Positions 45,768 to 53,611 of a stretch of DNA of 64,000 nt are shown here, one piece after another; position 1 is the stretch's first letter, and every line of letters begins with the position of its first letter. The position numbers and the translations under genes are program-made. This DNA comes from a virus: positions 32,001 through 96,000 of the IMG/VR virus record IMGVR_UViG_3300005436_000501, one strand, 5' to 3'. Below the pieces are notes generated by a model. That model had not been told where the DNA came from. It saw only the letters and a program-made list of their open reading frames with translations, and did not search any database.

Positions 45768-46298
45768 TCAGGCCTGGAGGTACTCGGTCGCGCCGAACCG
45801 CATCAGCAGATACGACTTGGTCAGCTCGTCCTTCGTCTCCGGCTGCCCGTACTCGATCTCGAGCCAATCGTGCTCGCCCTCGATCGCCTCGCCCGCCTGG
45901 AACACGGCGAGACCCAGGGTGCGGTCCTCGCGCAGCCGCACCTTGAGCGCGTCGCGCAGCGCGTACACGTCGTCCTGCGCGTCTTCTGCGTGCGGGGTGC
46001 GCGAGCGGATGTAGCAGTGCAGCTCGACCGTGTACGCGGCGCGTTTGAGCCCCGAAACCGCGCCACCGACCGCCTTGCGGGTCTCGTGCTCGTGGGGGAT
46101 GAACACCACGATCTGGCAGCCGGTGCGCGACGCGGCGGGCAGCCCCTGGAAATAGTCCTGGTGGTTGTCGCGCTTCGCCCAGGCGCGCCGTACGATCCCC
46201 ACTCCAGGCACCGGCGAGGAGCGGTAGGTGCGGGTGACCGGGTCGTAGGGCCCGCCGAAGTACTGGCAGATACCGTCGAGCGCACTCTGGATGGTCAT
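45768..46298 (-). CDS. Tail terminator/head-tail joining protein (putative)
   Basis: Position; LR.D.TLG motif. Confidence 0.65.
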   Translation of the reverse strand: MTIQSALDGICQYFGGPYDPVTRTYRSSPVPGVGIVRRAWAKRDNHQDYFQGLPAASRTGCQIVVFIPHEHETRKAVGGAVSGLKRAAYTVELHCYIRSRTPHAEDAQDDVYALRDALKVRLREDRTLGLAVFQAGEAIEGEHDWLEIEYGQPETKDELTKSYLLMRFGATEYLQA

Positions 46299-47179
46299 CG
46301 GATCCGGCGTAGCCGCTCGAGCAGCCGCTCGGCCTCGTCGATCAGGCCGGAGCCGTCCTTGCGCGAGTCGTTCTGCCGTGTGCCGCTCGCCTGGCGCGAG
46401 TCCGGGTACGCGTCCTCCGCGGCGGTGTCCGGGCGCAGCAGTTGCGCGATCGTGTAGTTGGTCACCGCGAGCCGCGCGTCGTGCTCCATGTTCGTGAAGT
46501 CGTGCCCGACCGCGTGCGCGAACACGGCGGGCGCCGCCAACGGGACCGCCGTCACCACCGGGGGCACGGCGACCGCGGGTGGCGCGAACGCCGAGGAGAC
46601 GGTCACCGTCTCCTCGGCGCCCGGCTCCCAGATCCGGTAGGAGGCGCCCGGCTGGATCCCGGTCGGGTCCGTCACGCTCAAAGACGTGGCGCCCAGGGAT
46701 GCGGACGCCGCCAGGGTCGTGGCGACATACCCGGCCGTGTACGTCAGCTGCGCGTACACCTGGCAGCCCGCGCCAGGCGTACCGAACTGGAGCGACCCCG
46801 ACCAGGGGCCGCCCGCGCCGATCGTGATCTCGAGGTTGCGCCCGTCCTCGCTCCACACGCTCGGGTTCGCGATCGTGGTCATCGCCGTGGGCGTGTAGCC
46901 GTAGCCGACCGAGGAGACCGCGATCACAGGCCCGTGATCGGGGTGGATCTTCAGGGTGCCGGTCCGGCTGAAGCGGGTGCGCAGGTTCTGGACGTTCTGG
47001 TGCGCGAGCAGCGGCTGCTCGAGATAGCCGTCCGCCCACGCCGAGGACATCAGCAGCAGGTTGTTCAACTCGGCTGCCTGGTCGGCGGTCAGGGCGTCGC
47101 CGTAGCGCAGGTCGTCCAGGTCCAGGTAGGTGGGGTGGGCGGTGAACGCGGCGACGGACACGAACGGGGTGACGATCAA
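46295..47179 (-). CDS. Head-tail adaptor (putative)
   Basis: SSAWADGY..LTYTAGY..AERLLE pattern; position after capsid. Confidence 0.7.
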   Translation of the reverse strand: MIVTPFVSVAAFTAHPTYLDLDDLRYGDALTADQAAELNNLLLMSSAWADGYLEQPLLAHQNVQNLRTRFSRTGTLKIHPDHGPVIAVSSVGYGYTPTAMTTIANPSVWSEDGRNLEITIGAGGPWSGSLQFGTPGAGCQVYAQLTYTAGYVATTLAASASLGATSLSVTDPTGIQPGASYRIWEPGAEETVTVSSAFAPPAVAVPPVVTAVPLAAPAVFAHAVGHDFTNMEHDARLAVTNYTIAQLLRPDTAAEDAYPDSRQASGTRQNDSRKDGSGLIDEAERLLERLRRIR

Positions 47180-47250
47180 CGGGTCCGCCTCCCGGTGTTC
47201 ACGGGCGGCGCGTCACGCCGAACGGGGAGCGGGTGGCGGTGCGCGCCGGG

Positions 47251-47445
47251 TCAGCGGGTGTTCGGTGGGTCGGTGTTTTCGGCGCCGATCCACGCCCCGG
47301 CCGGATACACGGCCACGACCCACTCGCCGCGGCCCTCGCGGGCGGTGACGACCAGGTTCCCGGCGTCGTCGACCGACACGTCCTGGCCCGCGTCGTGCAC
47401 GACTTTCTCGGGGCGCGGGCCGGCGAGCCGAACGGTGACGGGCAC
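47251..47445 (-). CDS. Small hypothetical protein
   Basis: TAGTG coupling; VDDAGNLVV..VAVYPAGAW. Confidence 0.6.
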   Translation of the reverse strand: MPVTVRLAGPRPEKVVHDAGQDVSVDDAGNLVVTAREGRGEWVVAVYPAGAWIGAENTDPPNTR

Positions 47446-47906
47446 TACTGGGCCGACGCGATCAGGGCGGTGACGGTCGGGGCTGTTCCGCCGGTCAGCA
47501 CGGTGAGGTTCGCGCGCACATACCGTACGGCCTTGCCGGTGGCGGTCTGCACGTCGCCGGTGGTGGAGGTGGACGTCGCGAGCGTCGCCCACGGCCCCGC
47601 GGCGGCGAGCGATCCCTCGAGCAGGACCGTCACCCCGGTCGGTGACCCGGTCGTAGAGGTCTGCAAGGTGTGTGCGGAGCGTACGACGCCGAGGTCGGTT
47701 ACGGTGCCCGGCCCGGTCGATGTCGCGGCCGACAGTGACGCGACGGGACCGGCGCCGCTGGACGTGGGCAGGGTGCCGCCTGCGCCGACGGCGAGCACGT
47801 TGCCCTCGCCGTCGGTGATCGCGACGGCGCGCGCGGCCGGGGTGGTCAGGTTGGTTGCGGGCTGGGTGACGCATGCGCCGCCGGTGCCCTGCACGATGGA
47901 CGCCAT
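47445..47906 (-). CDS. Putative head decoration/fibre protein
   Basis: Thr/Gly-rich; V.LEGSL..W..L..RYVRA jelly-roll-like motif. Confidence 0.6.
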   Translation of the reverse strand: MASIVQGTGGACVTQPATNLTTPAARAVAITDGEGNVLAVGAGGTLPTSSGAGPVASLSAATSTGPGTVTDLGVVRSAHTLQTSTTGSPTGVTVLLEGSLAAAGPWATLATSTSTTGDVQTATGKAVRYVRANLTVLTGGTAPTVTALIASAQ

Positions 47907-48289
47907 CAGGGTGTGGTGTCCGCGACGCGCACCCACTGGCCGTGCGCGCAGCCGATGCTTCCTGCACCGGGGGGCGGTCCGGCGGGGTTGCACTCGCGGC
48001 ACGGGGCTCCGGGCTCACCGGCGGCCGTCTCCCAGTGGAAGGACGGCCCCGCCGCAGGTTCGGCGGGCGCGTCCCCGGCGGGCTTGTCGTCCGCGGGCTT
48101 GGCCCCGCCCTCACCCGCCGACGCCAGCTTCGGCTCCGGGGCACTGTCTGGCGTGGCGGCCGGGTCCGGCTCGGTGTGCGGGGTAGCGGCCGCAGGGTTC
48201 TTCGCATCCTTGGGCGCCACCGCGCTGTCCGGCTCGCTCGCGTCCGCTGCGGGCTTCGCCGCGGCGCTCTTGCGCGGGGTGGTGGGCAT
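47906..48289 (-). CDS. Low-complexity protein with C-terminal Cys/His motif
   Basis: TGATG coupling; CREC..CAHGQW. Confidence 0.6.
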   Translation of the reverse strand: MPTTPRKSAAAKPAADASEPDSAVAPKDAKNPAAATPHTEPDPAATPDSAPEPKLASAGEGGAKPADDKPAGDAPAEPAAGPSFHWETAAGEPGAPCRECNPAGPPPGAGSIGCAHGQWVRVADTTP

Positions 48290-48552
48290 CAGCTCTCCCT
48301 CTCGCACTCGCCGCCGCAGCGCGAGCACTTCTTCACGAACGATCCGAATCCGCACGACCCGCACCGGTAGCCGATCGAGCGGCGGGTGCCGCCCGACAGG
48401 GACGCCGGGAACGCGCCCTCGGACCGCAGCGCCTTGACGTGCATCGGGTCCTGCACGTCCATGATCCGGCCCGGGTATCTGGTGACCTGGCCGCTCTGGG
48501 CGCCCTTGACCTCCATGCCTGCGACCGTGCTGCTGGGTGCTGCCAGGCGCAT
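48289..48552 (-). CDS. Small zinc-ribbon protein
   Basis: YRCGSCGFGSFVKKCSRCG; RBS AAGGAG. Confidence 0.75.
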   Translation of the reverse strand: MRLAAPSSTVAGMEVKGAQSGQVTRYPGRIMDVQDPMHVKALRSEGAFPASLSGGTRRSIGYRCGSCGFGSFVKKCSRCGGECERES

Positions 48553-48620
48553 GCGGGACTCCTTTCACGACACGGCGCCCGGCCCGGTTGAGCCGGGCGC
48601 CGCTCGGTATCAGGGGGCGA

Positions 48621-49979
48621 CTATCCGGCGGAAACGCCCGAGATGCAGCCGTTCCAGCCGGGTGCGTAGCATAGGTGAGTACCGAACCAGTAGCTCGACG
48701 ACTCGTACGCGAACTGCGTCACGGGCCAGTCGATCCCCATGAAGTCCTGCACGTTGCAGATCGCCCACACGTTGCTGACCTGCGAGTCGGGGATCGGCAG
48801 GGTGTCCGAGATGATCGGACACACGCCCTGCGGCAGCCACGGCGAGACTTCCATCTCGACGTGCTTGCCCGTGGTCTCGTTCACGATCGCGACGGCGACC
48901 GAGCCGAGCGTGACCCCGGCGACCTGGTCCTGGGTGACCTGCAGGATGTAGTTGTTGGACTCGCCGGTCTTGAGCGTCGCGGACAGCTGCTTGCGGTCGG
49001 CGCCGTTGAACATGACCCGGTCGGGGTCGGCCTTGACCGAGTTGTAGAGGCTGGCGAACGCGGTCTGGAACTCGCCGCCGGGGGTCGCGGTGCCGAACGC
49101 CGAGTTCAACTTGACGTTGTAGCCGGACGAGGTGCCCATCGTCCAGGCGAGGATCCCGTCGTACCCGGCGGAGTACGCGGAGGTGTCGGCGGTGGGCGGG
49201 TTCGCTCCCGCCACCGGGATCGCGCCCTGCAGCACGATGCCGGTACCGCCAGCGCCGCCGCCGTTGACGGACTGGTTCGGGAACCGGCCGTACAGGAAGA
49301 ACGCGGAGTTCGCCGGCTGGGAGGCTCCCGTCCCGATGTACACCTTGTATCCCAGCGCCGCCGGGACGTCGGTCAGGCGCAGCACCACGTTGTGGCCCGC
49401 GGTCGGCGCGATCGTGGCGACGGTGGAGACGACGGACTCGCCGAACGCGCCCGCGTCGGAGGTGACGTACACGTAGATGTTCGTGGTGTACCCGGTCAGG
49501 GCGGCCTGCCCGGTGCCGAGGGTGTTGTCCACCAGCGACGTGCCGGTGGGCGCGGCGAGAGCGCCGGCGTACCCGGACGCGGTGCCGCGGCCCATGATCA
49601 GCATCCGCTCCTCCATCAGCTTGCTGGCGTACAGCAGGCTGGTGCGCGAGAGCTGGCGGATGTCCTGATACCCCTGGCCAGCATATTGGGCGGACCAGGT
49701 GACCTCGTCGGACATCGAGAACTGCGAGTGCGGCAGCACGACGTCGTAACCGGCGTACGCGATCTTCGGGCCGCGCGCGTAGTACAGCGAGTTGCTCGCG
49801 CCCGACGGGGCGAAGTTCGTCTGGCTGCTGTCGGCGATACCGGGGTGGATGTTGCCGACGCCGCCGGTGCCGGAGCCGGTGATCCCGGAGATCACCTTGA
49901 ACCGGTGCGAGGTGCCGAAGCCCTTGATCCGCGGCGTGCGGTTGCTGACCGGCGTCGGACGGGGAGCGAGGAACTTTGC
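48621..49979 (-). CDS. Major capsid protein, exon 2
   Basis: Open frame from AKFLAPRPTPVSNR to the stop; capsid-like C-terminus ..SPWLPQG..YAPGWNG.ISG. Confidence 0.88.
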   Translation of the reverse strand, partial: AKFLAPRPTPVSNRTPRIKGFGTSHRFKVISGITGSGTGGVGNIHPGIADSSQTNFAPSGASNSLYYARGPKIAYAGYDVVLPHSQFSMSDEVTWSAQYAGQGYQDIRQLSRTSLLYASKLMEERMLIMGRGTASGYAGALAAPTGTSLVDNTLGTGQAALTGYTTNIYVYVTSDAGAFGESVVSTVATIAPTAGHNVVLRLTDVPAALGYKVYIGTGASQPANSAFFLYGRFPNQSVNGGGAGGTGIVLQGAIPVAGANPPTADTSAYSAGYDGILAWTMGTSSGYNVKLNSAFGTATPGGEFQTAFASLYNSVKADPDRVMFNGADRKQLSATLKTGESNNYILQVTQDQVAGVTLGSVAVAIVNETTGKHVEMEVSPWLPQGVCPIISDTLPIPDSQVSNVWAICNVQDFMGIDWPVTQFAYESSSYWFGTHLCYAPGWNGCISGVSAG

Positions 49980-51034
49980 CAGATTTGTTACCGAGCCCCG
50001 TCGGCTCGGGCCGCTTCATTTCTGCGCGGCTCTGCATGTCTCCATGCAGCTCGGACTATGCCACCACCTGCTGCTTCCGGTGATCCTTCCACCGGATGTG
50101 GACCGGATTGGACTGAGGGTTCTTCCTCATCCAAACCCCGTAGCACTTCTGGGTGCAGAACTTCTTCTCGTAGGTCCGGTTCGTCCGGTGCTCGACGAAG
50201 ACATTTCCGCAGCCGGTGCAGGTGTGCTCGATCTGAGCACCCTTCCAGCTTGCGTTGTCCTTGCCGCGCCCACTCCGACGGATGTCAGCGATCGGATCCG
50301 TGTCGGGTGTCAGTCCAACGGCGTCCGCGACCGACCGGACGCAGGCGTCCGGGTCAGCGTTGATCTGGGTTCCGTTGAACCGGAAGACCTTGTAGCCCAC
50401 ATCGGCGAGTTCGGCGTCGCGCACTGCGTCGAGCGCCTTGCGACGCTCGAGTCGGTGCGACAGTCCGTCGGCCTCGATGATCACGGGAGCCTGAAGAAGC
50501 TCGATATCGACGACATAGCGGCCGAGGTGGCATCGCTGTGTCGTGAACGAGAGTCCTGCACGTTTGAGTGCTCCATGGAGCAGCTTTTCCAGCGGAGAGT
50601 CCGCCGACGAGCCTCGCAGCTCATCGAATCGCTTAAGCGGACTCACTCGGTGCGCTTCCTTGAACTCCGGAGTGTTGCATGCGGCCCTGTGTGCAGCCTT
50701 GCGCTCGTCACTCCACACCCACGTTCGCCCAGTCATGGGCTTGCGGGCGATACCAAGGCGCTTCATCGCGTTCTCTACCGGCTTGCGTGAGCAGCCGTAC
50801 AGTTCCGCGACAGCGCGTTGCGGCCCGAGTCGGTCGTAATCCGCCTGGAGGTTGCTCCAGTCCAACAGGTGCCCCGCATCTAGTCTCTACGGACTCGCCC
50901 CTACGAACGGGGATTGCCTCGGCGTTTTCCACATGACCTGGACGCTCTAAGTATATTGCGCCCAGCGAAGGACTTTCACCGATACAGCGGGGTTCTCAAC
51001 TGCGCATCACTGCGCAGCGGCCCTACGAAAACGA
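49980..51034 (-). ncRNA. Group I self-splicing intron in the major capsid gene
   Basis: 5' exon ends in U, intron ends in G; P3 CCCCGC/GCGGGG, R element GTAGAGACTAGA, S element GCATAGTCCGA (P7 GACTA/TAGTC), P8 CACCTGTTG/CAGCAGGTG around the ORF, P9 hairpins. Confidence 0.92.
50056..50865 (-). CDS. Intron-encoded DUF559/Vsr-like endonuclease (putative homing endonuclease)
   Basis: SPLEKLL..GRYVVDI..IIEADGLSH..D..RD..L..GYKVFRF; N-terminal HTH, C-terminal CxxC..FC..C finger. Confidence 0.88.
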   Translation of the reverse strand: MDWSNLQADYDRLGPQRAVAELYGCSRKPVENAMKRLGIARKPMTGRTWVWSDERKAAHRAACNTPEFKEAHRVSPLKRFDELRGSSADSPLEKLLHGALKRAGLSFTTQRCHLGRYVVDIELLQAPVIIEADGLSHRLERRKALDAVRDAELADVGYKVFRFNGTQINADPDACVRSVADAVGLTPDTDPIADIRRSGRGKDNASWKGAQIEHTCTGCGNVFVEHRTNRTYEKKFCTQKCYGVWMRKNPQSNPVHIRWKDHRKQQVVA

Positions 51035-51421
51035 AGGCGCCTCGAGGTCGAACGCGACGAGGCCAGTTCCAACGGGGGACGTGAGGTTGATGTCCTTGAC
51101 CAGGTCCGGCTGCTGCCCCTTGAGGGCGTCCAGCGCCGCGGCCACCGACGCGACGGCGTCCGGGGACATCGACTTGACCAGGTCCGGCGAGCCGAGCGCC
51201 TTCTGCAGGTACTCGATCGCGTTGGTCGGGCGCGGGCTGAAGTCGATCGGGTGGCCGGCCTTGAAGCTGGTGACGATCTCCTCGCGGGTCAGTTCCCGCT
51301 CGGGAACGCACTGGATCGACTTGACCAGTTCGTCGAAGCGGATGGAGACCTCGGCCTTGGACAGCTTCGCGGACTCCGGGGACTCACCGAACATGAGCTC
51401 GACGTTCGTGGGCAGAGCCAT
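51035..51421 (-). CDS. Major capsid protein, exon 1
   Basis: RBS GGAAGGAG; ends GLVAFDLEAP at the splice site. Confidence 0.88.
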
Positions 51422-51445
51422 GGGCCCTGCTCCTTCCATGCGAAA

Positions 51446-51465
51446 GGCCCCGCACTGGCGGGGCC
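51446..51465 (-). terminator. Hairpin followed by TTTCGCATG on the minus strand
   Basis: GGCCCCGC-actg-GCGGGGCC; same downstream motif as the hairpin at 53565. Confidence 0.5.
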
Positions 51466-51481
51466 GGGTGGTCGGGGGGGG

Positions 51482-53542
51482 CTATGCGGCGGCCTTCGCG
51501 AGCAAGGCGCGGGCACGGTCGCGGTAGCCCTGGGCGAGGTCCCGGTTCGCCGAGAACATCTCGGCCTTAGCCAGGAGTTCGTTCGCCTGGGCGTGCAGCG
51601 TGTCGGCGTCGCTCTTGGTCGCTGCGCCCTGCTGGGCGGCGGTGCGAGTCAGGGCGGGCCCGCCGGGCTGCGGCAGGTCCTTGACGGCCTCGAATGCGCT
51701 GGCCTTCGCGAGGTCCACCGTGAGCGCCGTGAGGCGCTCCTCGTCGGCGGCCCTTGCCTCTGCCACGGCGCTCTTCACGAGGTCTTCGAGTTCTGCCTTG
51801 GTCATGCCCTGCGGCTCGGTGGCCGCAGGAGTCTCGGGTGTGTCGTTCTTCGTAAGGGCTGCGGCGACGGCGGCCTTGACGAGGTCGGCAGCCTCGGCCT
51901 TGGTGAGCAGCTGCTCGACCTCGGGCGCGTGGGCAGCGTCGGGCGCGTCTGCCTTCGCGGCGGTCTTGGCCGCTGCCTTCTTCTTTGCCGCAGACTTCTC
52001 GTCGTCGCCCTCGGTGTCATCCTCTGCGTCGGCGCCGTCGGCGCCGTCGGCGCCTTCCCCGTCGGCCGCGTCGGCAGCGCCCTTCTTCTTGAACGGCGGC
52101 GCGAGGTTCGGGTTCTTCTTCCCGTCCGCCTTGAGCAGGTCCTCGCCGTCCGCCGGGGCGTCGGAGAGCATCATCACCGCGTCGTCCACGCCGGACTGCT
52201 CGCTGCGCTCGTTAGCCTGGAACCACTTCAGTGCCCTTACGGCATCGAGCAGCAGCGCGATATCGCAGGCCTCGTTCAGGTTGCCCATCGCGAGCGACTC
52301 GGCCTCGGACACGATCAGCTTCGCGATCGCGGCGATGGCGTCCTGCGCGCCCTGGATGTCGTCAGTCTCGTCCACGCCGCCGGCCGCTCCGCCGCCGTCG
52401 TCGGCCTTGGCGAGGTCCGGGACGAGCGCACGCACGTCACGCAGCACCGCCTCGGCCTTCTCGATCGCCTCCGGGTCGGCGTCAGCCTTCGCCGCGTCGT
52501 CCTTGAGCGAGCCGTCGGCATTCCAGTTCTCGGGCACCATGCCCTCCAATCCGAGGGCCTGGGCCCGCTTGCGGATGTGCTTTCTCACGTCGTCGTGGTC
52601 GGCGTTGCCGCGACCCACGGCCTTGATTGCGCGGCGCAGATCGGCCTTCGTCTTGATCACATAGGAGGGGTCGCCCTTCGCGTTCGGCATCGCCTGACCC
52701 GCCGCCAGCGCCTGCCGCTTCTCCTCGGCCGTGTACGCCTTGTCGAGCGACTCGTAGGTCTGCGCCTTGTAGGCGTCCGCCGCCTCACGTACCGCGCCTA
52801 CCAGTGCCTCGTCGCTCACGAGACGCCCGGACACAGTCACGTTGACCACCACGGGCGCCGCGGGGGAGTCCGTCTTGGCGGTCTCAGCGTCCTGCTCGGC
52901 TACGGCCTGAACCGAGGCCCCGGCCCCGGCGAGGTCGGCAAGCGCCTGCTTTACGGGGGAGGCGAGGCGGTCGAAGAGTTCGGGCGGCAGTCCGTAGGTC
53001 GGGGACGCGACGCGCTCGAGCGTGGGCTCCTCGACGATCTGGAGTTCCCCGGCGCCATCGGACTTCGCGAGCGGCAAGCGCCAGTGATCTGAAATCGTCG
53101 CCGTGGGCAAGCACGGGCTATCTACGAGGCTTGATTCACATATCCTGCCAGCGACGACGGTCCCGCCTGGCGCGTCGGCCTTGGTGTAGTCGAGGCGGTG
53201 GCCGCGCACGCCGATGGAGAAGCCGTTGAGGACACCCTCTTCGACCTTCTCGACAGCCTCGCGGTCGACGACCTTCGCGCCGATGTACCAGCCGTCGTCC
53301 TTCTCCTCGAGTTCGATGGCCTTGCCGACGGCGCGTCGATGATCATGGCCCTCGCGGATGTTACCGGCGCGGGTGAACCACTCGGGGACGGCAGTCCTGA
53401 GCCAATCCGCTGACATGCGCTGCTGGTCATGGTCGAGATCCGTGCCGGTCAGCTTCCCGTACACGTACAGGTGGCCCGTCGTCGGGTCCTTCTCGCGCTT
53501 CGTGATCGGCGCGTAGAGCTCCAGCACCGCAGGCAGCGCCAT
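51482..53542 (-). CDS. HK97-type prohead protease fused to scaffold
   Basis: D.D.Q..NIREGH..AVGK..LNGFSIG..ESSLVDSP; long acidic/Ala-Lys coiled C-terminus. Confidence 0.85.
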   Translation of the reverse strand: MALPAVLELYAPITKREKDPTTGHLYVYGKLTGTDLDHDQQRMSADWLRTAVPEWFTRAGNIREGHDHRRAVGKAIELEEKDDGWYIGAKVVDREAVEKVEEGVLNGFSIGVRGHRLDYTKADAPGGTVVAGRICESSLVDSPCLPTATISDHWRLPLAKSDGAGELQIVEEPTLERVASPTYGLPPELFDRLASPVKQALADLAGAGASVQAVAEQDAETAKTDSPAAPVVVNVTVSGRLVSDEALVGAVREAADAYKAQTYESLDKAYTAEEKRQALAAGQAMPNAKGDPSYVIKTKADLRRAIKAVGRGNADHDDVRKHIRKRAQALGLEGMVPENWNADGSLKDDAAKADADPEAIEKAEAVLRDVRALVPDLAKADDGGGAAGGVDETDDIQGAQDAIAAIAKLIVSEAESLAMGNLNEACDIALLLDAVRALKWFQANERSEQSGVDDAVMMLSDAPADGEDLLKADGKKNPNLAPPFKKKGAADAADGEGADGADGADAEDDTEGDDEKSAAKKKAAAKTAAKADAPDAAHAPEVEQLLTKAEAADLVKAAVAAALTKNDTPETPAATEPQGMTKAELEDLVKSAVAEARAADEERLTALTVDLAKASAFEAVKDLPQPGGPALTRTAAQQGAATKSDADTLHAQANELLAKAEMFSANRDLAQGYRDRARALLAKAAA

Positions 53543-53564
53543 GTCGCCTCCTCCGGGCATGCGA

Positions 53565-53592
53565 AAGGGCCGCACCGACCGGTGCGGCCCTT
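53565..53592 (-). terminator. Hairpin between portal and protease genes
   Basis: AAGGGCCGCACCG-ac-CGGTGCGGCCCTT. Confidence 0.55.
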
Positions 53593-53611
53593 CGTGAGTT
53601 GGTGTGGCGGA

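Noticed and set aside
48621-51439. Capsid gene as a pseudogene or two separate genes
   Set aside because: Group I intron core and an in-frame splice junction explain the split
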